Assembly: GCF_910592395.1 (NCBI RefSeq)
Contig: NC_088308.1
Span: 2,914,001-2,978,000, forward strand
DNA: 64,000 nt
DNA from: Lineus longissimus
Taxonomy: Eukaryota
Direction: 5' to 3'
The notes under the pieces were generated by a model. That model worked only from the letters and a program-made list of their open reading frames with translations. It was not told the origin of the DNA and did not search any database. The number at the start of each line of letters is the position of its first letter. Within the stretch, counting starts at the first letter, position 1. A program made the position numbers and the translations under genes. Of the stretch, positions 1-14,403 are shown in pieces.

Positions 1-859
1 CTCTTGTAGGATACGAATAGCATCAGTCCTCAGGATGATGGGCTTTGAACTACCTGAGTGTATGTGATCATTATTTTCATCATGTACATGACTTTCTGTT
101 TTTCTCAATGCAAGGTGTATTGGACAACTTCAGGTTTACTTTGAACAGCAGATATACAGATAACTCTGCTTACTTAAATAAGAAATCAGGTTTCTGAGGT
201 AAAAGCTATTTCAAAGTGGGTGAGTAACTGTTCATTTGGTCATCATTTGGCTTAAGGATGGTGCCAGAACTTATTAGCCTTTGGCTCCAGCATCAAATGG
301 GAAAACCTTTCACATTATCATGACAGCTGTTAAGATGAATATTGCTAGCTGTTATACATATGATCCTGTCTCCTCCTAATAATGGGTTTCCTTTATCACG
401 GTATATCCTACTTTCCGTCTCAAGTGGCGCGGTAACACATTCCTTTGATCACAGGGACCCCTAATGGCCATACCTGATCCTATTACAGCCGCCATTATAG
501 GTGAATATGACGCTACTGATATATCATCATCGAAGATGTTGGGCACCCCTGGCAAGACATGAGATATCCGATGCACGATTAGCCTATTACAAAATGATGT
601 TCATTTACGGATATTTATCAGCAGGAGATGATAGGACAAACTGTGGGGGCATAAAGAAAGTATGATCTCTCATGGGGTAGCACCACAGTAAGGATAGGTG
701 ACAAAGGTCTGCCCAATACGCACTTGAGAGGAATATCGTTTTTGTGATATTTTGAAGAATTACTGCCAAACCAGCATTGATATAAAAATTTCGCTTTAAC
801 ATCTATCAGATTATATATCTATCATCAATATCCCGCATTTTCAGCATTATATCACAAAC

Positions 860-990
860 AGTTTGCGGATGCAGACCACTTTAAAAATACTTTGTACCCA
901 GGTAAACGAAACCTGCTCGTCTAACAGAAGACGACAGACGACGCCGGACGCCACGGTAATGTATAAGCTCCCCAGAGATGAGCTAACAAC
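860..990 (+). mobile_element. 3' part of a HINE/DINE-like repeat
   Basis: gacgac/ggacgccac low-complexity core, then taagctc...gagcta hairpin; similar motif at about 10185-10240. Confidence 0.45.
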
Positions 991-3900
991 TCATACATTA
1001 CAGCATTTTCCCTACTAGCATTGGCTGATGTCACTGTCAGAAACTTCACCAATACAAAAGCCAATATCATTGTACATTACACCGCTATCATCACTGCCAA
1101 CAAAATTAATTTCGTCTGGAAGCTCAAGGACTCTTCTTATGTTTGATGGCAAACAAAATGCTCCTTGGGACTAATGCGTTTCACAAGTGTGGCTAGGACA
1201 TGCCATAATGATCAGGTAATATGCATTAAAATGAAAACATACATGAATATTCTGTTGTAAGCTGACACTCGAAAGTTCTGGCTAAGCGATCTGTTTTCAA
1301 AAACATGGCCTCACAGGGCTAGTGGACAGCACCAGGAACTGCTTGCTTTCAGACAGCATCATCAATGTGTTGTTCCTTTTAGCACAAATCAAGTTTTTAG
1401 AAAGTAACTAAGTACTTGATGGTTTCTCCAATGTCTCTTCCAACATCATCAACAGTTTCTGATATCACAACAAGGAGAAGGAATGTCAATGACACATTCA
1501 CTTCAATGAGTTTTTCACGCCTACCTCATGACTTGCAGGATATTTTAGAATATGAAACAGCCAGGGGCCATAGTGCTCACTAGTTGAACTTTGGATCAAT
1601 GATTTGCAAGTATAATTACAAAAGATGATCAGTGAACAGACAAGCAGACAAGATATGTCGAAACAGAACTGAGTAATAGGTAGACAATGAAAGCATCAGA
1701 AATTGGTTTCCTTTCAGGCAGATGAGGCAAGCCGTCCAATTCCAAGATGTTGGAATAAAGTATTTCCACAAAGTACTTGGGATCTCGCTTTGGCTGATAC
1801 AAATTCTCACTGACAGGGGATGAGCACCATTTGGCAAACACCCATTAGTGTTGATCATTTCATTGACAGGTCCATTACCCTGTTTGCTGAAACCAAGATC
1901 AGATTTCCCCCAAAAGTACATTTAATCCATTAGCCTATGAAAAGTTCAAAAGGTTTTGTACCAACTTTGTGACCAGTCAGGCAGGGATCCCTGATGGTAT
2001 AGGCCGATCAAGCTTTTCCAATGAATTCCACCAAAATCAAAAGCCGTTCGGCCTGCATCGTTATCCACAGCAGCTTTATAGGTAACATTGAAATGAGCAA
2101 TATCAAGGTTTTTATCTTAGTCATTTTTATGTAGTTTATAGAACAAGAATCCTTATCACTCCAACAATGAGAAACACAGAAGAAGCTGAAACAAATATTG
2201 ACACAGGCAGATCGGGCTGTGATCCGGAGCCAATCAAGGACGTTTCCCTCATTGCTGATTTTTGAATGTCAAAATCCCATCTAGTGAAAGTGACAACACA
2301 CCCGTATCTTTTTATGGGATAATTAGAGGACCGTAAAGCTGTCTAATATGCAAATCCCCATTACCATAGGTGATACTTCATCTAAAGGTATACTCTGATG
2401 GGTGATTAGTAGATAAAATGCTAATTAAGTGCCACTCAATTCTCATTGAATTTACATTTGCTTATGTCAAGTTAAGAAACTTTTATCGCTTGCTGACTCA
2501 ATTTCACATATACTTAGAAGACTCAAAGGATTGAGAAATTTCTTCATTGACTGAACTTAGAATCAACGTGATCCATGGTGTGGTCCAAATGGCTGGCACG
2601 ATATAAATGGCCATCACACATCCAAACCGATATTCTCTAGATTTTGTGGAAGGACTTCCTGAAAAGTGCAACAAAACCTTAGATACTCTTAACTGTCAAT
2701 ACTGGCCCCAGCAGCCAATAACTCCCACCACTTCCCCTTTAATCATGTTAACTCAAGAGCAACATCATGTATCTGATATACATTGTCATGCCTCTTGCTT
2801 GACAGCATACCCAACACCCACTTCTATAATGTACTTCCTTGATGATACGCAATGCCAGGAAATTGTGCGCAAAAAGGAAGACACTTCAATCATTATTTCA
2901 TACTTGTTGTCAACTTCACATCTCCTAGCTTTAGAATGCCACTTAGAGTTGTAAAGAATGAAGAAAAACCCCAATCGTCTTGTTTACTTGTTAAGGCAAG
3001 ATGAAATAAATTCATAGTTCTTCTCTGTACTACACTTGGGGCTATATCATATCAATCAAGTCACTTTATTCTTTTGTTTGTATTTTCAAAGTGTCATTAT
3101 AAGATACAGAAGCTGGGTGATGACGAACTTCGCAATCTCACAACAGGTCAAAAATCAAGCATTTGCCGGTGACACTGCAAGAGTAGAATTACAACCAGGA
3201 AGACTCCGTCTCCTTCTGTATTAAGGAACTACTTTCTTTTCCATCCAGGAGTCATGGATATCCAGTTGACAGAGTAGCCAACTTGAAAGCTTTGAGGCAC
3301 GCTACCAAAATCTGATGTACATGTCCAAAGGTTTAGGGAAATACTCATGATAATGGGAATAGCTAGACTGTAAGAGAACAGTTCATGTTAATATTTCTAC
3401 AATATCGAACCCATTAGCTTTTTTCAACTTTCCAATGAGAAACCAGATTTTCCTCTTATCAAGCCTTCCACTTGAAAATGTTTCTCGACTGAAGTTCAAT
3501 TTAGTCGGATACAAAAGTAGGGAACAAATATTTACTCCACGCAGCCACTTTAAAATGAATCAATATCTCCAATCTTTAACCTACCTATAAGACATCAAAA
3601 AATAACATTCATTTGAAAAATCATCCATACCTCTAACATCACATTAAGTTACATCACACAGCGCACTAAGTAATGAGCCTTTAAAAGGAAATTACGAAAA
3701 GGCTGCAGAGAAATTTGATGAAAATGTCATCGTCTTTGAAGACGGATTACTTCCTCTTATTCTAGGATGAAATGGAGGGTGCATCGATTTTCAAAATTGA
3801 CTATCTCGATGTGTCAAGGGAAGATGATTGGATTATAATTATGATAACTTCGTCTCGCATCTTATATGACTTATTACCAGTCCCCCCTTCTGAGATTTGA

Positions 3901-6900
3901 ATGAGTTTTCTACACTAAAGATCTGAGTGGTAAATGGAAGCCGCCTGAAGAGCCATATTTGGGAGGCGGTTGAGACCTTGGCAAATTTCAGATGTAAAGT
4001 GGTGTTGTGATGCATTCCAGAACCACCCATCGTACAGTAGCTCATCTCAGAGAAGAGACCAACTCTTCAAATCCACAACCAACCCTTTGAGTAAGATTGC
4101 TTGAGGCTGATCCATCCTCTCAAATTATAATGACATGACCTCACACCGATGGGCTCGGGCCACTTGTAAAATTCAAGGTGACATCTTGCTCGAGCATATT
4201 ATCGTTGATTTTCCTCGTGAAATCTTGTGGAAGATTCGTTATGATCACCTTGGGACCCTGGCGCTGACGTCGGTCAATACTTGAGATCACACCATGTCAG
4301 AATCAAGGCCTCACGAGGTTCAACGGGCAAAGATTAATGGAACCGTCAATAGAGGATTTCAGTAAGCGCCTCTGTGTCTTGTGGGGATTTGTGGTACATA
4401 AATGCTATGTTTTAAACATCACACTCTTCTGTATGCTCAGCGTAATCTTTACCACCATAACTATCCAAAGGAACAACTTCTATGAAGCTAGCATTTTTTT
4501 CCTGGTGATACAACATACTGCACGCAGTTGAATAACTTGGATTGGAACCAACGTCCACTTGTCCAAATGCCATGCATTCCAACTATTGCACAGCATTACT
4601 TATAAATCACCAAGATTCATATCCATAATAATACATACTTTTACCGCAAAATAATGGCAGCATAACACTATGAGATGACCAGTCTTAATATTCTCTTCTC
4701 CTACAAAGGATGCTGGCACTGTATCAAAAGAATTGTTTGTTTCCATGACAAACAGCAAAGAAGGATAGTTCTCTCTGCAAGCACTTCAGAGAATACTGCC
4801 CGAGATGGTTTATTGTCACACAAAAAAACGATTTCTCAAAAACGTCAAATGAGACTGAAGGAATGTGGTACGAAGATTACATTCATCAGACCAAACCCGA
4901 ACGGCTTACTCAAGCTATGCCATGGCAAAGAGGCTTACCAGTTGAACGCATGTTCAAATAGGAGGAAGATTAACCCTGTGCCAGAGTCTTGATGGAAAGC
5001 GTGTTTCTTGATGACATGGCAACCAACTGAACGAGGGTGATAGTCCAAATATCAGGCTGGAGGAAGGAAGAATGCAAGCTTTTGTCAAACGTCATCCAAT
5101 GCTGTGAAAGAAGTGTGACCCTGGAGAAGACTTTGTGTAGCTTGAAGAAAAAGTATAACATTCATATGAACATCCCATATGTCCTGAGGACAAATCCATG
5201 TGTAGCTTTCCTGATGCTTTTCATGGATTATGAATAACTTGTCACTGCAGAAGTCACAATGAGCAATGACACTACCACTTCATGTCAGCTTCAGTTTGCC
5301 AATTGTGTCAAAAAAGCATTGATAAAGAATCGAGGTAGCCTTAGAAATGGTTCGTTGTCTCTTATACGCCAGAGACAAGGATGATGCCACGACACTCACA
5401 GATACTTCAAATCCTTTCCACGATTTTGTAACATCAAGATTCATTTAGCTGTATCTGACGGGTATACTCATCTCAGCATCTTGCCACTGACACTTCTCGT
5501 TAACAGGCCCTAATGGTTTCTTGACCTTCTCAGCCTGTCAGCCCCGATCCATGCAGTTAAAACCATTAACGGCACACTCTGCTACCACTTTCACTCTTTC
5601 TTACCAATTGAGTACCAATTAGATGTAAAATGAATTGTCCAATTCAATAGACATGAGCCCCATCTTGAGAAAGATCATCTGCTACCATAACTGTGAGTAA
5701 CTGAATAGGGGATGATAATGCTGGGGCTACAGATTGGCTGATGGATTCGGCCATAATGGAAAGTGCCCAATTTGGATTTCCATTATATCTTCTTAAAAAT
5801 ATCATGTGGGAAGATTGATTAGGGCTGGCAGAAGGGACATTAGGCAAGTAAATCTGACGATTATGATACATTTATAGTTTATGGGTATTCTTCTAGAACG
5901 GACACAAGTTTAGGCAAGGGCGTACATTCCTAAAGACTGAGCAATGGACAAAAATGACCAACCAGCGACTGCTTATTTTTATCTTGACCGATCGCCTGAG
6001 GATTTGATGGTCACAAAATTTTGAAAGGATCTCTTGTCTTCAGGCAGGGTTTGATCCACCAGGTCGCTGAGATTGTTGCATGCAGAAGGTCACAGGTCAC
6101 AGTGATTATAATCACTCGTTGCAGGGATGCTTTAGGGGATTTATTCCCTGGAGACATTTAAAGGCACTGTGTGTCCTGTAGCTGATATCGTAAACCACCC
6201 TGTAACAGATATCAGAAGAGCCCTTTCCATAACTGATTAGTCATCTGAGAAATCTGACAGCCATATATTGGTAAATCTATGTGATGTCCAAGAGTAGGCA
6301 TTCCGAATATATAACAAGAACAATCCATCACATGTCCCCGGGGGACATGACCCGTCCCAATATAATGATTGTTCAGCAACATCATACAAAGGAAATGACA
6401 ATCAGATTCACATCACAGGGGCGAATGGTATCAGAGGTGTTGGGAGCTTGGTCAATATTGTCTCTGATGAAATATACAAGGGGCTGGACGGTGGTGTTTG
6501 CCCAGACAGCCTGGGGCCGGAATCACATAAATGGTAAAGACCGGTAGCCCGTGAGGAATTAACTGCTGTTGACAGTGGATAACGTGGTGACGGTGTAGGA
6601 CAGCGATACCCATCAAGGAGAAGGGACATGTATTCTCGAACATAATGTATCCTTCTCCCATCAAACACAGGTCAATTGAGCAGCTCAGTTATCATCAGCT
6701 CAGTTATCATCATCAGATTCTCCTTTCCTTGTCTAACGACTCTAATTTAGTCCATTCAGCAACTTCACTCCACCAGCAAGCTGACAGGCAAACATTTGCC
6801 TCCAGAGGGAGACACACTCAAATGGATTCCAGCTGCTTTCATCCAAGACCTGATCCATTCCGCATCCTCACTAACTGTCTAAGCATCCCTCAAAACATCA

Positions 6901-9900
6901 CTTATCACTGTCAGGAAGGCGTCTCGTGGGGGCATGTGCTGGAACTGGATCAACAGGAGCGGAAAGGATTGTTATTTGACCCATTGTGCTCTCATCTATC
7001 ATGTGGGTGACTCTAATGATTACTTTCTCATCCACAGTGGCATGTTTTGTCACTTAATCAAAAATAAGGCAAGGCGTGTTGAGCTGGTGAACAGCTGATT
7101 TGGCTCATGGTCCTGTAATATGTCATGGTGTTGGTATTATTGACCTCTTGGAATTCAACTTATAGGCTCACATAGAGCACAAACGTGCAATCTTTCCGAT
7201 ACATTTCTCATTCGGGTCTAGGCAGGATTTCTCTTGACAGACAGCATTGTTTCCCTATTGACACATACTCACTTAAACTTTCATATGATAGTTTGACAAT
7301 ATACTTCTCCATGGACAAGTTATTAATCCTGCTCCCGAGGCGAGAAACCGTATCAACATGAAAATCCCGCTGAATCTGTTTTCACGACATGACTGAATAA
7401 ACACATGGTTATTCTAACCCTATTATCCACTGCTATCTTGATTTGGTCTACTAGTTGCCCAACAGCGATGAGAAACAATGGCATCAAATGGATACTACGT
7501 GATGAGTATGTTTTAGTATGAGGGCGAGTGGTCGATGCCTTGACAAACCCCACAAGAGCGAAACAAGGCATGACACCAGCTCCGACCAAAAACCAGACAG
7601 GATTTCTGGATAGACACCCACATTTTAGCAGGATTCCGGGCAAAGCCCCGGCAACGCGACAATTCAACCTCGGTCCCATGAGTGGTCGTGTTGCCGGGGT
7701 TCCACTGTATGTATAAAATACTTGCCACTATTCACACTTGTACAAGGAAGGCCTATACTTACAGACAGTGTTTCCTCTTCTGCATCTCACATTGAGACAA
7801 CCAATTTGATCCCCTAACTTCTCCCTTTTGTACCCCTTATAGAACGCAGCAGCTAATTCATTCCTGCACTCCCCACAGATATTAGAGGAAAAGAGAATCC
7901 TAAAGAATCCTCAGATCTAATGGCATGCATTATTTATTCATTTCTATCAATTCTTACAAATCATCCCATCTTTGTTGTCTTTTTTAATGGATTGTGATAA
8001 TTGTGAGTCGTGAATTATAGAATGAGGGAGTTCACCTCTACAAAATGCATTTCCTCTGAGGAATGTCAAATAGTCATCATCAAATGGAATTTATTCCCAT
8101 CAGATCCAATTCTCCATCATTCTGAAGTTTGTCTTCTTGCATATTCAGGATGGATGCAGGTGGGAACTTTGTGGAAAATGTTGCATGTGACAGCATCATG
8201 ACTACGGTTAAGAGGATTTCAAGGTCACTGAGAGTGCTGGAAGAAGTTTTTAAAGATAAGCTTGATAGGATACAATTTTCTAGACAGGGTACTCTCATCA
8301 CTGTTCAGTCTTTTGTACGGAAATTGTGAGCGGCAGAGGGATTCTATTTCAAACTACAATAGGTGATATCACTGACCTCAGCAGGAGCAGTTAGCTTCAT
8401 CCAACAAAACCATCTCCAACGAGAACAGGTTGGAACTCTAGATGATATTATTGATCAAAGCAAATAGGCTGACCATTATTGGTTCTCCGCGGTTCGGCCA
8501 GCTATAACACCTTACGAGCTGAGCTGGTTAGGCAGGAGGCAAGGTCAATACTGGTTACTATATGGTGAGCCGTCAGTACAATTGACAAGTTGAGATGATA
8601 TTAGGGCATTGATCTCGACTACCAGGGGGATCCAGGAGCCAGAAAAAGAGGGGGCTTGCACTGGACTTCTCATCAAAATTCCTGGTGATTTCCAGTTATC
8701 AGGATTCAGACTGCACAAAGTAACAAACAGTACAGTATGGAGTAGCAGACTGTTTGAATAGGGTAACATACGATACCATGAAAATCATTTGAGATGGAAA
8801 TTTACTGACACTTTGGCGCCCATGTTCCAACTTGAAGTCATTCATGATGTTGATTCCAAAATCCTTCTATTTACTGAACTATCATTCTGGCAATATTACT
8901 CACAAAAAGTGACGAGCAAATATTAAAATGTGCACCAGTTCTCAGAAACTGTGTTTGCTAAAAACTTCAAGCGCAGTGCAGCACCTCAATGTCCCCTTTA
9001 AGTGTAGTAGCTGATGAAAAATTGTATCAATTTCAGCAAAAGATTATTGGTCCAACTGAGCAAACACACAAAATACATTACAATTAGCATATGAAAAATG
9101 ATTTTGCTAAATGTACATGTCCCAAAGTGTTAGGCAAATAAGACAAATAAAGTCAAGACAACTTCTGTAGTATTATACTTAGTAAGGGTTGGATGAAAAT
9201 ATTGTACGTATCATGAGCAGCAAATGTATGGCGACTCAGATCAAGCTTGTGTGAGATGTTATGATGAAGTTGATAAGAGATCCGAAATATATGTAAATTA
9301 TGAATCAGATTGGTCTGTCAAGGCAGAGTAAATCTCACATTTATGTCAGCCTGCTGCATCCGAAGACAGTCAGAATAGCAATGGAAATGTCACGCTAGCC
9401 AAACCGGGCGATATCAATCATTGCAGCAACAGATTCTTATCTGAAAATGCAGTTGGTTTGCACTTCCAGATGCATCCCAGAACCACCCTTAACTGTGGAA
9501 TCAAACTATAAATAGCAGCTGTGATTATTCCTAGTTCCCCCCTTAAGGATTCTTCATCATGAATCCAACAACATTCACCTCACTCCTTTACCCCAGTCTA
9601 CCAGTCCACAGTGTTATTTACTGCATCTCCAGCCAACCTCAGCACCTAATCAAGCAGAGGCAATGAAGAAGTCCTCATCCCCACCGCCTCCTGATGAATT
9701 TCACTTCTAGACACCTTAATGAACATTTGCCAGGAGATGGATGGTCCAATTGCTTCATCTTTCGTATGCAGATAACGGTCTCTCGTGGAACACCCAGCGC
9801 CATGCGAGGTTTATCAATAATAAAGTACCAGGACACTCCAAGATTGCCTTGTGTGGGACAGAATTAAATGAGGTAACAAATTTGCTTGTTCTTTTGTGTC

Positions 9901-10119
9901 CTGCTTCAAAGTGAAAGCGATCGAAAGAAGGAGATATTTTTCTTCCGTTGCTGCAAATTGCAACAGCATTAAAACTTGTTACTGCCACCTGCTCCATTTC
10001 CATCCACCTTGCACACCTTTTGAGTGTTGTGGGGTAGTTTGATCTACCCAAGTTGATCTGACTGCCTGAGACCAGAAAACAGGTCAAAAAGCAAAAACAA
10101 AAGATAAATCCAGGCAACA

Positions 10120-10245
10120 CCGCCCACAGCTACCATTGCATCAGGTTTTCGACCATCTCGCCCCAGCGATTATGGAACGTTGTCTACTAACGGATGGTGA
10201 CAACAACGACTGACGATGGACGCCACAGCATTAAGCTCCAAATGT
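10120..10245 (+). mobile_element. Degenerate HINE/DINE-like repeat fragment
   Basis: ctaacggatggtgacaacaacgactgacgatggacgccacagcattaagctcc resembles 920-972. Confidence 0.4.
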
Positions 10246-13200
10246 GCTTAAAGACTAGTACAAATAGGTCCAGCTCCAGCTGTCATGGAGGAAGCAAGAA
10301 GATAAAATAATATACCCCAAACCTTCCTTTGAGCATGTCAGTTGGAAAAGATGAGGCAATTTCTTTGGCAAATTCACTCAACGCATCCATTTATCTAACT
10401 ACCAGACCACACAGGGCAATGAAAAACATTATTTCTATTCACATACTAACAAAAGAAAGTATCTGAGTTTCCTTGGGAAATGCTATAGAAGATGTAAGCT
10501 GGTTGATATTTCCACGAGGGACTATCAGAAACTGTTGAATGACACTATCACCTAAATGGAGAAAAAAAAGAACTACTCCCTTGGGCAGACGTAAAAGTGT
10601 TTAGCCGAGACCTCCATCGATCACAATAAAGATTCACCGTCATGGCACACCACGAGGAACCAGCTAGAATTCTCAAGACAATGACGAGCACAGAGTTGCT
10701 TTAAGTGTACCTAAATACGAACACTGCAATATGTAGGTTTTCTCAAGCAAACTTAGATTGACACTGAGCCTGAAAAAGCAGATATGGCAAAAAGAAGGAG
10801 AAGCCTCAAGGGCTTGATAGTAGTATCCCTAAAATATGCTTCAAGGAAAGGGTTTGGTAAGGGTTACCCTGATAGAGCCTTTAGGCAGCGATGACCATTT
10901 TTGGAGAATTTGTCAGGGCTTCTGCAATTGAACCGCTTTCAGTTTATCTTAAATGAGGTTGCCTCATTCGTTTTATACTCTGCTTCATTGAGTTGACAAT
11001 TAAAAGGGAACATTTTTATTCTAACCACAAGTCAATTCTGTCCCAAATGTGTCTTGACGATATTGGAGATGAGCAAAGGAACCATGGGTTAAGCTATGAG
11101 CACACTAGAGTAGATGTTGGCGAGACCTCACCCCTGTGTGCTCCCAGCTTTAGTAATGAGATTATACATGGTGCAAAACTTACAAGGTCCAGAAAGCCAA
11201 GTATTGCCACAACCTGTTGACTGTAGTCATATTGGAAACTGTTCTGCTCGGAGATTAGATGAGCGTTTCTTGAGATGGAGTGTGTAATTGAATCAGTACC
11301 ATACCGGAGTGGTTTCAACACCTCAAAGCGCTGGCGGAATTGATATGCTAGTGGCACAACATCCTTGGGCGAACTCTGTCCCTACTATTGTAACCACAGC
11401 GACATACACAAGACTTTATTGAATTTCCGACAGCGCGGCCAATAATATGAGCCTGATGAGTGATAAAATGGAATCGTTGACAACATTCAAGATTGGGCAC
11501 GATTCCTAACAAGTAACTTATTGCTTCACTGCGGATACAAATATCACTTGTTGTGTGGTGAATGTTGATGATGATGGGACCGATTTAGGTAGGCAAAGGG
11601 TGATCCTAATAGGATACTGGATAGCATGGTTAATCAGCAAGGATGGAAAAACTGTGTCCCTGAATAGATAAAGGTGCTCTGTGCAGGGACTGACATGACA
11701 ATTTCATTAATGGCTTGGCTGAAGGGGAACCATGTTACAAATAGGAATTAGCTTTCTTGTCAGTGTCGAAGGGAAACTGTTAGCTTTAGGTGCAGTATTT
11801 CAGAGGTAAATCTGCATTGAACATACACATTATATTAGTAACCAAGTCCAAAAGAGAGGCAATCTACATGAGATGATGTTAAACAACACAGAGATTGTTT
11901 TCTTGCATCACTTTAAACTTGTGTACTGTTGTTCATGATGTACGTCTATGGGAAAAGTGCAGTTTTCATAAGAGATTGTATGAGTCAAATTTGAACCGTT
12001 AGAAGCAAATTGTTCTGCTGATTCGACAGAAACTTGGGCAATCCTTCTATGGTAATTGAGTCTTTTGGTGTCTACTCTCTCAGATCATAATTTACTCAGG
12101 TAAAAGGAGAGACCAACATTAGTTACCAACTAAGGAATGAACGTCAAGCCGACATAAAGGGTTAACTTATCCGAGGTCTCCAAACTCTGATTCAGGAGGC
12201 ACTTGAATTGATAGATACATCTAGTATTACAAGCCCAAAGCAGCGACTCTGTCACGAACCCACACATTTATCAAAACAACCTATGAATTATTCATTTTTA
12301 ATAAACTTAAGTGTCGCTGTGTGTGATGGAAATCTGAGGACTGGGATGACGTAGGAGACCATGTAGTAATTAGTTGATAACTATTCCATGATACAAGGAG
12401 GTGTATGCTGAAAGCTACTAATATCTAGTTTAATTTGGTAATATACCAACGGCTTATAGTACTTCCGCTTCTCAACACATCTTGTTCACTTTTGGATGAT
12501 TTTTGTTTTGAGTGCAAAATCTTGGGAAGAACTGATCTAACAATGGTTTGAGCCATCTCAACCACCAAGGTTTTTGCATCATATCAAGATTTCAAGAGAT
12601 ATACTTCAAAGTTGAATTTTTTCATAAGTTCAAAATTCTGAAAAAAATTTCAAATCTGAAAAAAATTTTGAAAAAAATATTTGGACTTCAAAGTTGAATT
12701 TTTTCATAAGTTCTACCTTCCTTTCCTTAGCAATTTAGCCTTACGCCACAAGGGGTTAAACTGCAATTCGTAGCCTCAACAAAGTGCAATTGCCATGCAC
12801 CAATGAGTGTTTGAACTGCAAAATAACTCTGCAGGATTTTAGCGGCAGAGATGACAGTGCAGTCAAGATGACTCAGTATTGACACCAAGTAACATAATAC
12901 AAATCTTCACTACATCTAGAAGTGTTTGTGGTTCAACTTGACACGGAATGATGAAATCCTTCAACAATGATTTTCAATCTCCAATATCAGAATATGAAAC
13001 TTTGAATCAAGTTGTTGAGATGAAATTGGAAAGAAAACTATTTGACTGAACTTTGAGATTGTAAAGTCAGAATTTGACCTCGTCTGTCTTCTTGCAGGGT
13101 CTTGTGAAAATACCAGAGGAATTTTTCGCAAGATTCTAAGCCTCATCAGTGCTATTTCATGACTTCATTCCATTTGACCTCTGTAATCGGGACACCTTTT

Positions 13201-13927
13201 AACCACAGGACAAGTTCGGAGTCTAAAAGAGGTCCTTGGTGGAATGGGTGACCTGGGTCCCATTGCTGAATACTGCCATCTGTTGTGCGGGTCTAACTTC
13301 ACGGAAATCAAGTCTTGTAATGTCATGTCAACTCAACATCATCCTCGCAATCCATCCAGTGTCGAAATTCCAAACTTTTCGATTGATGAATTTAATCATA
13401 GTGTTATTCTATCTGCAGCTGCCAAGTTTGAATTTAAGGCAATGGCTATCAACACAACATCAATACGTGAACATGATCCTTCAATGATTATGTCCAAGTT
13501 CTGAATTGATTTCGCCTAAACGAATGTTTCCATTCCCATATGGGCCAAATCACTGTATCTTTGAAATTGCTCCACATCACAAAATGCCTCTTTTGTCCTT
13601 GTTTTATGGCTGGCATGTTCGTCTTCGCTAATGGAGTCAGAAATGGTTTTTTAAGACATTATTAAAATCTCTCCATCTTTGATAACTTATTGAACCAGGA
13701 TTACTTACACGTATGTTACATGTACCTAATTCTGAAAGGATAGCAACCTTGTCAAACCTGACAAAGTATTCGCCATCAAAAACTGTCTGAGCCCCCAAGA
13801 ATATCCATCACATTGGTGATGTCCCATCTTTGTAAGCTCCTTTCTGTCACTTGGTATAAGCTCAGGCCAGACGGAGTAAAACAACTTAAGATCACTTCAT
13901 CGTAAAATAACGATAAAGTAACAGGGT

Positions 13928-14403
13928 CACGGCATCGTTAAGTAAAAAGACATGAAAAGCCCCACCATAAGCCGCTTGGAAGCCTTTTCAAGACTGATGT
14001 GGTGTTTTTACATTCCACACCAGTATATTGAACTTGAGTTGAGTACACTCTCTTCTTCTTCGCATATGGTTAGGTTTGTGAAGTCAAAAATGTCTCAAGT
14101 CAAGACATCATCAAGTAAAGGGCAAGAAAAGCTCTGCCATAAGCTGATGGCAGTGCATGTTCAAGATTGATAGTGTTTATATATGTCACACACTGTATTG
14201 AGCTGCATGCTTCTTCTTCATCTTCTTCACATTCACATTCATTGCTTTGGTTTATTCAGTCGAAATCAGCCAAACAAACAAGGTCATGGATGGCATCATC
14301 GAGCAAAAAGACAAGAAAGCCTCCACCATAAGCCGCAAACAGAGCGTATTCAAGATCGATAGTGTCTATACATGCTACAGTAACATATTGAACTTGCTTG
14401 AGA
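13928..14403. repeat. Three diverged tandem copies of a roughly 175-185 bp unit
   Basis: Core aaagc..caccataagccgc...ttcaaga.tgat..tgt...tattga recurs at about 13957, 14128 and 14316. Confidence 0.75.
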
